Assembly (NCBI GenBank): GCA_040954595.2
Contig: CM082585.2
Location: 1,068,814 to 1,132,813 of the forward strand
DNA: 64,000 nt
Source: Balanoglossus misakiensis
Lineage: Eukaryota > Animalia > Hemichordata
Direction: 5' to 3'
The notes beneath the pieces are model-generated. The model was not told where the DNA came from. It did no database searches and saw only the letters and a list, made by a program, of their open reading frames with translations. Positions 53,401 to 64,000 of this stretch are shown here, piece by piece. The first letter of the stretch is position 1, and every line of letters starts with the position of its first letter. The translations under genes were made by a program, and so were the position numbers.

Positions 53401-55937
53401 CAAACACTCAAAATTAATGGGCAGCACACTGTCCACTATGGCCTGGTTACTGTGTGCTCTGGTTAATGTTGACGCAAAGGTTGACCCCACCAAACACTCA
53501 AAATTAATGGGCAGAACACTGTCCACTACGGCCTGGTTACTGTGTGCTCTGGTTAATGTTGACGCAAAGGTTGACCCCCACCAAACACTCAAAATTTATG
53601 GGCACGATACTGGCCACTCTGGCCTAGTTAATGTTGACGCAAAGGTTGACCCCACCAAACATTCAAAATTAATGGGCACGATACTGGCCACTCTGGCCTA
53701 GTTAATGTTGACGCAAAGGTTGACCCCACCAAACACTCAAAATTAATGGGCACGATACTGGCCACTCTGGCCTAGTTAATGTTGACGCAAAGGTTGACCC
53801 CACCAAACACTCAAAATTAATGGGCACGATACTGGCCACTCTGGCCTAGTTAATGTTGACGCAAAGGTTGACCCCACCAAACACTCAAAATTAATGGGCA
53901 GGATACTGGCCACTCTGGCCTAGTTAATGTTGACGCAAAGGTTGACCCCACCAAACACTCAAAATTAATGGGCAGAACACTGTCCACTACGGCCTGGTTA
54001 CTGTGTGCTCTGGTTAATGTTGACGCAAAGGTTGACCCCACCAAACACTCAAAATTAATGGGCAGAACACTGTCCACTCGACCTGGTTACTGTGTGCTCT
54101 GGTTAATGTTGACGCAAAGGTTGACCCCACCAAACACTCAAAATTAATGGGCAGAACACTGTCCACTACGGCCTGGTTACTGTGTGCTCTGGTTAATGTT
54201 GACGCAAAGGTTGACCCCACCAAACACTCAAAATTAATGGGCAGCACACTGTCCACTATGGCCTGGTTACTGTGTGCTCTGGTTAATGTTGACGCAAAGG
54301 TTGACCCCACCAAACACTCAAAATTAATGGGCAGAACACTGTCCACTACGGCCTGGTTACTGTGTGCTCTGGTTAATGTTGACGCAAAGGTTGACCCCAC
54401 CAAACACTCAAAATTAATGGGCAGAACACTGTCCACTATGGCCTGGTTACTGTGTGCTCTGGTTAATGTTGACGCAAAGGTTGACCCCACCAAACACTCA
54501 AAATTAATGGGCAGAACACTGTCCACTACTGCCTGGTTACTGTGTGCTCTGGTTAATGTTGACGCAAAGGTTGACCCCACCAAACACTCAAAATTAATGG
54601 GCAGCACACTGTCCACTATGGCCTGGTTACTGTGTGCTCTGGTTAATGTTGACGCAAAGGTTGACCCCACCAAACACTCAAAATTAATGGGCAGAACACT
54701 GTCCACTACGGCCTGGTTACTGTGTGCTCTGGTTAATGTTGACGCAAAGGTTGACCCCACCAAACACTCAAAATTAATGGGCAGAACACTGTCCACTATG
54801 GCCTGGTTACTGTGTGCTCTGGTTAATGTTGACGCAAAGGTTGACCCCACCAAACACTCAAAATTAATGGGCAGAACACTGTCCACTACGGCCTGGTTAC
54901 TGTGTGCTCTGGTTAATGTTGACGCAAAGGTTGACCCCACCAAACACTCGAAATTAATGGGCAGAACACTGTCCACTACGGCATGGTTACTGTGTGCTCT
55001 GGTTAATGTTGACGCAAAGGTTGACCCCACCAAACACTCAAAATTAATGGGCAGAACACTGTCCACTATGGCCTGGTTACTGTGTGCTCTGGTTAATGTT
55101 GACGCAAAGGTTGACCCCACCAAACACTCAAAATTAATGGGCAGCACACTGTCCACTATGGCCTGGTTACTGTGTGCTCTGGTTAATGTTGACGCAAAGG
55201 TTGACCCCACCAAACACTCAAAATTAATGGGCAGAACACTGTCCACTACGGCCTGGTTACTGTGTGCTCTGGTTAATGTTGACGCAAAGGTTGACCCCCA
55301 CCAAACACTCAAAATTAATGGGCACGATACTGGCCACTCTGGCCTAGTTAATGTTGACGCAAAGGTTGACCCCACCAAACACTCAAAATTAATGGGCACG
55401 ATACTGGCCACTCTGGCCTAGTTAATGTTGACGCAAAGGTTGACCCCACCAAACACTCAAAATTAATGGGCATGATACTGGCCACTCTGGCCTAGTTAAT
55501 GTTGACGCAAAGGTTGACCCCACCAAACACTCAAAATTAATGGGCACGATACTGGCCACTCTGGCCTAGTTAATGTTGACGCAAAGGTTGACCCCACCAA
55601 ACACTCAAAATTAATGGGCAGAACACTGTCCACTACGGCCTGGTTACTGTGTGCTCTGGTTAATGTTGACGCAAAGGTTGACCCCACCAAACACTCAAAA
55701 TTAATGGGCAGAACACTGTCCACTACGGCCTGGTTACTGTGTGCTCTGGTTAATGTTGACGCAAAGGTTGACCCCACCAAACACTCAAAATTAATGGGCA
55801 GCACACTGTCCACTATGGCCTGGTTACTGTGTGCTCTGGTTAATGTTGACGCAAAGGTTGACCCCACCAAACACTCAAAATTAATGGGCAGAACACTGTC
55901 CACTACGGCCTGGTTACTGTGTGCTCTGGTTAATGTT
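41435..55937. repeat. 14.5-kb tandem satellite of 90-bp and 74/75-bp monomers with higher-order repeats
   Basis: 90-mer ttaatgttgacgcaaaggttgaccccaccaaacactcaaaattaatgggcagaacactgtccactacggcctggttactgtgtgctctgg. The 74-mer shares the first 50 bp, then acgatactggccactctggcctag. Confidence 0.98.
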
Positions 55938-56170
55938 AATGGTAGGTCGTGGCTGTCTCATTTCAGGGATTTGTGGACTAAATGTCAATCTTTGTACTAT
56001 TCGTACATGAAACTTTTCTTTCAAATACAACTTACAGACCAACATAGACAGTCATGCTTATATAAGTATGACTATCTATTAAAGTAACATTCATATCATG
56101 ATTGTTGTTTTACACTGTGTTTTCAAAGTAATTGTTGCAGTAAACCAATTGCCTTGCTTGGAAATATTAA

Positions 56171-56277
56171 AAGGGAAGTCCTGTCCAGCTGATTTATGCA
56201 TAATTTCTACACAATGTTTTTTTCTGAAAGAATGACCTCAAAGCTACCCAATTATGTAGCTGAACCGGACTTCCCCT
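56171..56277. mobile_element. Short TTAA-flanked MITE, family K3; a related right end lies at ~59820-59902
   Basis: TTAA|AAGGGAAGTCC...GGACTTCCCCT|TTAA. Confidence 0.8.
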
Positions 56278-56792
56278 TTAAATGCTACCAGTGAGCTTGT
56301 TTGTCTTTGTAAATACACTCAAGTATTAATCCCCTTTTTCTCAGAATTCAATGCATCTTCATGCCATGAGGTGAGAGGACACTTTTGTTAGCAGGAGGGA
56401 AACAAATCCAAAATAAATAATAACAGTGCAAAGTTGGTCTGCTGACTTTTTCCACATTTCATTATTGAATTACGGCAAAATTATGAAATCCAATTATGAA
56501 ATTCAGCTTTTTGTCCACTTTTTGTTGCTGCAAATTCATTGCGGTATAAAGGTCAATAATATGACAAATCTTGGTTAAAAGTATACAGTCACCTTCAATA
56601 CACATTCCCATATATGGCTGAATGGCGTATTTGAGCATTCTAAAGAACATATGGTGGCGCCTGTTTTCCACGTGTGCCACCAAATGAAAATCTGTGATTG
56701 GCTAGATTTCAATTTTCCATGGTAACTATATATAGCTAATTTTCCATGGGTGATCATATACCTTTAACTCTATAGTTTAACATGATACTTAC

Positions 56793-56978
56793 GAACACAT
56801 GATTGGTTAAAAGTGTAGACATCATACATTGAGAGACCAGTTTCTCCAGGTGGCAGATAGAATCCACCTGTGCCGTTATTTGCATATAAGAGATAGCCTT
56901 CTTCACAGGAACATTGAAAACCACCTGCAGTGTTTTTACAAAGTTGATCACAAGAATGTGAAGCACATTCATTTATAT
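56793..56978 (-). CDS. Exon: calcium-binding EGF domain with long insert (absent from the ORF track)
   Basis: gtag|DINECASHSCDQLCKNTAGGFQCSCEEGYLLYANNGTGGFYLPPGETGLSMYDVYTFNQSCV C|gtaagt; 186 nt, phase 1-1. Confidence 0.93.
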
Positions 56979-57499
56979 CTACAAAGAAGGAACATGGATT
57001 GGATTAAAACAATGTACGTTTAGTAAAATTGAAAGTATTGTCATTTCTTTTAATCGTGAATTTTGGGATTATCTTGTGTACGTACAAGATGAATCTGTGA
57101 TAAAATAAAGGCGTCACCTTGCTTGCTTTTGAAATACAAGGCCATTAATTTAGTTGATAATAGAAGAAACCTGCTGACTCAGCATGGTTCACCAATGGTT
57201 TGTCTATGGACAAAAACCTTAAAGAAATTTATCTCAAAATAGAGCATTGTAATCACACAATTTTATTTGACCAATGAATTTATATTTACTAGACTGAGCT
57301 ATGTGTAAAATTTCGTGAAAATGACAATAGTAGAAGTTTGTTTTCTAGCAATTATCAATGTAATCCTATGAGAAAAAGACACCTGAGATTAAAAGGTCAT
57401 TCCAAAAATTTATCCGGAATTCTGAAATAAGTTCGGAATGTGTTAAATGTGAAAATAGTGACTTGAAGTTATGTTGCAAGTGACTTGTTTATGTCTCAC

Positions 57500-57628
57500 C
57501 TTTGCATGCTGTTCCATTCACATCTGGTTCAAATCCCACCAAACATGCACACTGATAGTCACCATCTCTATTTTCACAGACTTGATTGATTCCACACCGT
57601 GCCACCAATGTACTACATTCATTGATAT
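57500..57628 (-). CDS. Exon: calcium-binding EGF domain
   Basis: tcag|DINECSTLVARCGINQVCENRDGDYQCACLVGFEPDVNGTACK G|gtgaga; 129 nt, phase 1-1. Confidence 0.93.
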
Positions 57629-58104
57629 CTGAAATGTTATTCATCAAGATATGATCAAAATCCCACAGGTCCGCTGGTAAATTCAGACCAACAAGTTTAG
57701 CTGGGAACCACCAGACCAACAGGAAATTTTCACAAACAAATTTTCGCGAACTATGCAAGAGCCAAAAAAAAAGACATTTTTGCGTAAAAAACTATTTTCA
57801 GTGATAACAATGTAGTGAAATACGAGAACATGAAAATTAATCGTCTCATAACAGTTTCTGCTTTTGATATCGCAAAAAATTTCTTTGTCGCGAAAATTTC
57901 CTGTTTTACAGTAATCAATGAAAAATAAAATTACGAAAATCATGAAATTTCTGACAGCCATAGATTTGCATGGCATGAACTGTATGTCCTATCAGCATGT
58001 AGTTTAGGTGACATTTATGATAAATAGTCAAATTACTGGAGTGATCGATTACGGTACCTCATAAGCAGACAACCACATGAAGACCAATCTTGATGTGAAC
58101 TTAC

Positions 58105-58287
58105 CAATGCATGATGGTATTGCACTATTCCACTGTAAATCGGATTGACAAGTCAGGTAATCAGCACCATTTAATTCATAGCCAGCATTACAATAGAATG
58201 TGATGTTACTGCCCATATAATATGGTCCACTATCAGGGACAGCTTGTAGATGTGGGTCTGTTATGAGTATATCACTGCAGTTCAATC
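58105..58287 (-). CDS. Exon: Sushi/CCP domain
   Basis: gcag|LNCSDILITDPHLQAVPDSGPYYMGSNITFYCNAGYELNGADYLTCQSDLQWNSAIPSCI G|gtaagt; 183 nt, phase 1-1. Confidence 0.93.
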
Positions 58288-58597
58288 CTGCAAGTAAAAA
58301 AAATAAAACACTATGTGGATGCAGACTTGATTGTGGTATATATATTGGGTATCTGTATTCTGTCACAACTTTAACATTTTCACCCCAAGTTCCCACTATA
58401 AAAGTCCAGATACCATTGACTCCTTTTTTTCAATTATCGACTAAATTCATGACTCTGTATTTCAAAAACAAGCGTGGTGACCCCTATATTTTATCACAAA
58501 TTTTCATTATACATACATAGGATAATCCAAAAATTAACAATTAAAAGAAATGACCATATTTTCAATTTTACTGAATGTACATCCTTAAATGACTTAA

Positions 58598-58780
58598 GTT
58601 GACAGTATCCTGGATCTCCAATCCATGATCCATCTTCACCACATGTAGAGACAGTGTAGCCAGTCAGACTGTAGCCAGATGGACATGAGTAGGCAACGGT
58701 TGTTCCAAAAATCAATGAATCACCATTAACAATTTCATATGATAAGTAGTTGTCTACATTCGGTGGTGGACACTCGCGAG
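58598..58780 (-). CDS. Exon: Sushi/CCP domain with non-canonical donor (TTAAGT)
   Basis: acag|RECPPPNVDNYLSYEIVNGDSLIFGTTVAYSCPSGYSLTGYTVSTCGEDGSWIGDPGYCQ C|ttaagt; 183 nt. Confidence 0.88.
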
Positions 58781-59078
58781 CTGTTTGGATAAGATGAACA
58801 GATAACATTACAAGTGTGTTAATACTAGGAAAATGGTTTAAAGGGACATGCAGTAACCCTCACAATCCTGCATATTTTCAAGTTACCAGTGTCTGGTTTA
58901 ACATTCAGTGTGTAATGTCCCAATTAGACACCCATGTGGAATGTAGCAACCAGCACAAAGTGCCCCATCATAACGCTATGGAGAGAATTTCAACTTGAGT
59001 CAGTGATTTTTATGAAAACATGACAGTGAACACCCTGTGTTATACTTTGTTTTCAAAACGACTCATCACACACTTTAA

Positions 59079-59378
59079 AGCCTCTAGAGCTGCCAAATTT
59101 CACAATTTTTTTCTTTTCCACAGTAAAACCTTTCAAATCTATGGTGATGCATACCACGATAGCTAGCTGCATACTGTTTGTATGGAGGCTGATTTTAATA
59201 AAATGGGTACGGCACCTGTTTAATACATTGCACGTTTAAATTGCAACATACAGCCACAATCAGGCATTGATGACATGTTCTTGTATCCCTATCAGTAAGC
59301 TTAATTATTTCAATGTACCAATCTACGTCGGAAAATAAAATCTGAAAATAAATGCAAAAAGTGGCAGCTCTAGTGGCT
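59079..59378. mobile_element. 300-bp TTAA-flanked MITE in an intron
   Basis: TTAA|AGCCTCTAGAGCTGCCA...TGGCAGCTCTAGTGGCT|TTAA. Confidence 0.88.
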
Positions 59379-59481
59379 TTAAAGCACTGAAAGGTTCAGA
59401 GGACTAACATTTTTCTGAAAATCCGTCTCCTAAGTGTGCACTACAATGGCAGTTTAATTGTTTTCAAAAATATCAACTTAC

Positions 59482-59661
59482 GCTCGCATTGGGGCACAAG
59501 TGGACCCCAGACACCATCTGCTTGGCATTCCAATGAAGACACATTATTTATAAACTGATAGCCCTCAATGCATTGATAATAAGCAATGCCACCATACACT
59601 GTACTGGTAACATTGGTAAGAATTCCATTGCTGCACTCAGGGGGTCCACCACATGTTATTC
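59482..59661 (-). CDS. Exon: Sushi/CCP domain (absent from the ORF track)
   Basis: tttag|ITCGGPPECSNGILTNVTSTVYGGIAYYQCIEGYQFINNVSSLECQADGVWGPLVPQCE C|gtaagt; 180 nt, phase 1-1. Confidence 0.93.
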
Positions 59662-59906
59662 CTAAAAAATAAACAACAAATTAGTGTCATTCAAGTTGTT
59701 GCTAACAATAGATTCAAGAGACAAATTAAGTCTCTCTCATCACTGCACTTTTTTCATTAATTATCTTGGATACAAGACACCAGGCTAGGCATATTTGCAT
59801 AGCTGGTACGACTTATACACGGCGAAAATGTTTTTTTTTTCCTGAAAGAGTGACCTCAAAGCTACAAAATTATGTAGATATCAGCTAGACCGGACATCCC
59901 CTTTAA

Positions 59907-60007
59907 CTACTGGATAACCGTCCGAGCATTGGAATGAGACAGAGACATCATACCTTCTATCTCTGTACTGGTCACCACGCCCTCACTAATCACAATTTCG
60001 GGACAGT
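59907..60007 (-). pseudogene. Damaged Sushi-1 exon (frameshift and MITE truncation); a 54-nt in-frame version 59954-60007 is possible
   Basis: acag|DCPEIVISEGVVTST continues after a 2-nt shift as RRYDVSVSFQCSDGYPV and then meets TTAA plus a K3 MITE end. Cryptic donor G|gtatga at 59954. Confidence 0.75.
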
Positions 60008-60082
60008 CTGTCAGAACAAGGATCACAATGATAAGAATGCATGCAGACAAATACTTAAACTCATAAATGTCAGTTGTTTTAA

Positions 60083-60306
60083 AGTGAAGGGGTCGTCGCA
60101 ATGCGTTTGTTTATAAACATTACAATTCATCCACAAATCCCTCAAATAAGATAATTCTTAGAATGAACGAAGCAGCTGACAGTATCCTAGACTGTCCATG
60201 ACAGCAACTGAAGATCCTAGTAGGTCGTGGCTGTCTAATTTCAGGGATTTGTGGATGAATTGCAATGTTTATAAACAAACAAACGCAGTGCGACGACCCC
60301 ATCACT
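60083..60306. mobile_element. Long-TIR MITE flanked by TTAA and TTAT
   Basis: AGTGAAGGGGTCGTCGCA...TGCGACGACCCCATCACT with ~65-bp inverted arms. Confidence 0.85.
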
Positions 60307-60527
60307 TTATTGAGTGTGATACAAGAGTGTTGCCATTCCTGTCAATGGTCCAAAATTGCATTGCAATTGTAAGAAATTACTGTCTCTGTTTTTCCAGCTC
60401 TTTGAAGTTTCGTAAAAATTCAAAAACATTTGCACCTTTCAATTAATGACTCTAAATCACAAGGAATAAAGGGAGAGTGTGTTTCTAAGAATTCTGTAAC
60501 AACTTTTTCTGAAATGTTAGTAAGTTA

Positions 60528-60734
60528 CTGTAAAACACTTTATTTTCGCGAGCAAGAGATTTTCGCGAAATACGCGAGAGCCAAAATAGCGTGAAAATAA
60601 AAAGTTGCGTAATTTTTTTGAAGATAAAGATGCAATGGATGAAATAAGAGAACGCGAAAATTAACACTGGCGAAACAGTGGCCTCTCTCGATGTCGCGAA
60701 AAATTTCAACTCGTGAAAATAAAGTGTTTTACAG
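60528..60734. mobile_element. TA-flanked MITE (Tc1/mariner-like); related copies at ~33262-33464, 57720-57913, 60965-61163 and 61206-61415
   Basis: TA|CTGTAAAACACTTTATTTTC...GAAAATAAAGTGTTTTACAG|TA with internal ttttcgcg/cgcgaaaa motifs. Confidence 0.88.
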
Positions 60735-60743
60735 TATGTGTAC

Positions 60744-60927
60744 CTGGTGAAAATGAAGCCCTGAATCCTTTAGCTGGTCGTGTTCTACTACTCCTGAACA
60801 CAACCGAAAAGTGTCCAATGTCTGTACGGCAATCGGGTGGTGGCACAGTGCCATCAATGACTCCATCAGAATTGCCACTCCATGGACCAATAATGACATC
60901 ATCATCACTCTCAGTACCATTGTATAC
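60744..60927 (-). CDS. Exon: C-terminal half of the CUB domain
   Basis: gaag|VYNGTESDDDVIIGPWSGNSDGVIDGTVPPPDCRTDIGHFSVVFRSSRTRPAKGFRASFSP G|gtacac; phase 0 to 1. Confidence 0.9.
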
Positions 60928-61580
60928 CTTCAGAAACAAAGACAATTTAAGCATGCATTGTAAATACCGTAAAACGGGAAATCTTCACAACAGGAAATTT
61001 TCGCGATATCAAAGGTGGCTACTGTTACGCGACAATTAATTTTCACATTGGCATATTTTACTGCATTGTTATCTCTGAAGCATTTTAAGCGACTTTTTAT
61101 TTTCATATTTTTTGGCTCTCACATAGTTTACGAAAATTTATCGTTCACGAAAATTTTATAGTATTCAATCCTTGTTGCATTTCCTGCTGTAACAGCTACT
61201 CAACATACTGTAAAATGGGAAATGTTCGCAAACAATAAATTTTCGCGATCTACGTGAGAGCCATCAAAACATGAAAATAAAAAGTTGCGTAAAAATGTTT
61301 TTCGGGGATAATGATGCAGTGAAATACAAGAACGTGAAAAGTTATTGTTGCATAACACTTGCCTCTTTTGATAACGCGAAAATTTCATGTTGCAAAAGTA
61401 TCCCGTTTTACAGTATATATGTGATTAATTAAATTTCCAAATTGTGTTCCAAAGTTGTATAGTTTGAAGTAATGTCTGCCAAAATTGTCAAACTAAAATC
61501 ACTGCAAAATAATATGACAAATTTTTTAATATGACAAATATTTTTAACATGGCTGACTCATGATCATATCTGATACTCAC

Positions 61581-61765
61581 AATGATGTAATCAACATCTG
61601 TGTTCCTCTCTAATCCAAAGTTCTCATCAAAGATAAGAGTTAATGGTCTTCCAGTTGGTTCCTTGATTAACCAGCTACACATAACATCATCAGGGTAAGT
61701 GCTAACATCATACCCTGGTGACTGAATCGTGCCAAAACTACGCAGAATTTCAATTCCCTGGCAAC
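61581..61765 (-). CDS. Exon: N-terminal half of the next CUB domain
   Basis: aag|GT then CQGIEILRSFGTIQSPGYDVSTYPDDVMCSWLIKEPTGRPLTLIFDENFGLERNTDVDYII|gtgagt; phase 1 to 0. Confidence 0.92.
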
Positions 61766-61999
61766 CTTTAAAGAAACAAGTGACCTATCGGTCAAAAGAG
61801 CTCTGCTGACTTTAACAGTGAAACCTATAGCTGGGCAATGATATGAATACCCTAGGTTTTAATCATAACAATTGTATTCTATTAAACAAAACCAAACATA
61901 GACATCACAAGTATTTAATATCCACATTTAGCCTGATTCATTGTGCTAAAGAAAGAAAGAATTTATTCCTAAAGAACAACATCAAAAGGAAGTACCAAG

Positions 62000-62523
62000 G
62001 TACTAATTTGCATATTCATGACCCGATCAAAATTCCAATAAAACAAAATCAGGTAGGGGCACCATAACACACATTCTACCAAATTTCAGCTCCATCGTAC
62101 ATGTAGTTAGGGAGAAGAAGATTTTTTACCAAAAATTATATTTTTAGATCTAATTTGCATATTCATGACCCGATCATATCCAAATTTATGAAATCAGGTA
62201 GGGGCACCATAACACACATTCCTGCCAAATTTCAGCTCAATCGTACATGTAGTTAGGGAGAAGAAAATGTTTGACCAACATTCTATTTTAGATCTAATTT
62301 GCATATTTATGACCCCATCAAATCCAAATTTACAAAATCAGGTAGGGGCACCATAACACACATTCCTACCAAATTATAGCTAAATATGCAATGTCGTTTT
62401 AACGAAGAAGATTGAAATACCGAAAGTTGACGGACGACGGACAACGGACGCCGGACGACAGACGGACACTTATCAACCTACTGCTACAGCTTGGCTGACA
62501 CAAGTGACAGCCAAGCTAAAAAT
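62000..62523 (-). mobile_element. HINE-like element with about three ~145-bp internal tandem repeats
   Basis: The minus strand starts tttttagcttggctgtcac...gtcagccaagct (hairpin), then a (GTCC)n-like microsatellite, then taatttgcatatt...tcaggtaggggcaccataacacacatt (+ strand) three times. Confidence 0.85.
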
Positions 62524-62899
62524 ACCAAACAAGGAATAATGAATTCAATCCACAGGTTTGGTGTAATCCTGGCTGCCTTTTATTTTGTGCTAGGGGATCA
62601 AATCACATAATAATTGCCTTCTGGATAAAAAGTCGTACGCGACAGAAGAAATGACTGTTAACTGTATATGACTTCCTTAGGTCAAACCTTTCTGTCGTTA
62701 TACATGTAGTTATCAAATTAAACTCATTTAACTTTTTTCACATTTTGTTATTTTTTCTGTTAAAAAGTTCCATAATGACCCAGTATCAGATTAGCTTATA
62801 TTATAAACTTCCAGAAAGAATGGCAAAAGAAGATAGATCTGTGATCCTTACAATTCTTACTGGGTTGAAATTCTTTGGGAATGATTTTAAGTGATTTAA

Positions 62900-63248
62900 A
62901 GGGACAAAGTTTCTCTCACTCGCTGCCCTTTTTCCATTAACTATGTTTGATACAAGACACTGTTTATGTTATTCTACATGTGGATATATAGTGAATCAAC
63001 ATTCAACCACGCACAACTTCCATCCCGTTTGTAGGATATGAGAGTAAAAATATTGCCAAAATGAATAAACGGTAGAGACCAATTATTCATTTTGGCGAGT
63101 TTTTTCACTCTTGTGTCTACAAGTGGGATGGAAGTTGTTTGTGGTCAAACGTTGTTTCAATATATATCCACATGTAGAATAACATAAACGCTGAATTGTA
63201 TCATCATAATTCCTGGAAAAAGGGTAGCGAGAGAGAGTGTTTGTCCCT
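62900..63248. mobile_element. MITE family K1 copy
   Basis: TTAA|AGGGACAAA...TTTGTCCCT|TTAA. Confidence 0.92.
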
Positions 63249-63333
63249 TTAAAACATTGTTCTCTTGCATCATGAATCCTTGATTGCCTCTTCATTCAAA
63301 CAACGTCTTGATCAATTTGAATGCGTTACCTAC

Positions 63334-63535
63334 CTGCCCAGTAATGTACATGAAAACCTCTCATTGTAACTGCATCATCACTCTTAATGTCAACTCTCAT
63401 CATACTTTTGGAAGATATGATGACATTGGGTAACTCCATCCCAGAAAATAAAGCAAGTCTGAGGGCAGGATTCAGTTCAGCGCCATCGTATACAGACACT
63501 TGATCAGCCCCATCTTCTGTTGCAAAGGAGATAAA
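63334..63535 (-). CDS. Exon: C-terminal half of a CUB domain (5' boundary uncertain, 63535 or 63516)
   Basis: FISFATEDGADQVSVYDGAELNPALRLALFSGMELPNVIISSKSMMRVDIKSDDAVTMRGFHVHYWA; donor G|gtaggt. Confidence 0.85.
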
Positions 63536-63649
63536 CGGAAAAGATATAAAAATAGAATCAAAGACACTTTGCTCCCATTTGATATGTACATTTAAATGTG
63601 ACATACCGTACAATCATAGTGATCACAATTTCCTACACAAAACCATTAA

Positions 63650-63925
63650 GGGGCAAAGTCTCTCTCTCTCTCGCTGCCCCTTTTCCATTAATTATCGTTT
63701 GATTATCGTTTATGTTATTCTAGATGTGGATATATAGTGAATCAACATTCCATCCCGCTTCATTTTGGGCGAGATTTTTACTCTCATATCCTAAAAATGG
63801 GATGGAAGGTGTGTGTGGTCGAATGTTGATTCACTATATATCCTCATGTAGAATAACATAAACGGTGTCTTGTATCAAACATAATTAATGGGAAAAGGGC
63901 AGCGAGAGAGAGAGACTTCGTCCCT
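63650..63925. mobile_element. MITE family K1 copy, internally deleted
   Basis: TTAA|GGGGCAAAGTCTCTCTC...GAGAGACTTCGTCCCT|ATAA. Confidence 0.85.
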
Positions 63926-64000
63926 ATAAGGACACCTTTAGCATTGATGAGGTAATATAAGAATACATCTGATAAAGAATATTTTCACATCCCAATAAAC

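Larger units (their letters stand above)
56793..63535 (-). pseudogene. uif: Uninflatable-like multidomain extracellular protein gene (CUB-CUB-Sushi x4-EGF-EGF), internal part only, with lesions
   Basis: Nine phase-compatible exons. Domain order, the CUB/Sushi junction KGFRASFSPDCPE and an EGF with the long insert LYANNGTGGFYLPPGETG...Y.FNQSCV resemble Drosophila Uninflatable as recalled (not database-verified). Frameshift at ~59960, TT donor at 58597-58596, no recognisable exon after 56793. Confidence 0.65.

Noticed and set aside
41506-56087. Long ORFs (up to 756 aa) on both strands as real genes
   Set aside because: They are translations of a 90-bp satellite. They are broken by 74-bp units and stop-creating variants, show no synonymous bias and have no unique termini.

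Overview
Eukaryotic, repeat-rich genomic DNA, probably from a marine invertebrate (inferred from the repeat types and the spliced gene; taxon not determinable here). Layout: (1) an AT-rich ~79-bp satellite at 1-6253; (2) a mosaic at 6.3-41.4 kb of non-autonomous transposons (TTAA-flanked Kolobok-like MITEs, TA-flanked MITEs, a P-like foldback, Helentron-associated elements with internal tandem repeats), LINE and hAT-transposase relics and a dispersed duplication ~6.5 kb apart. This mosaic carries a series of short + strand exons with strong splice signals. Near its end an AAAAAGCAAAA tract directly precedes a 57-nt tRNA-like fold (41184-41251), resembling the MALAT1/mascRNA 3'-end module; (3) a 14.5-kb array of 90/74-bp satellite units with higher-order structure (41435-55937), which generates all the long ORFs in the track; (4) nine minus-strand exons (56793-63535) of a CUB-CUB-Sushi(x4)-EGF-EGF gene resembling Drosophila uninflatable, with a frameshift, a MITE insertion and a GT>TT donor change, so probably decaying or module-pruned. 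All calls are by eye; no searches were run.
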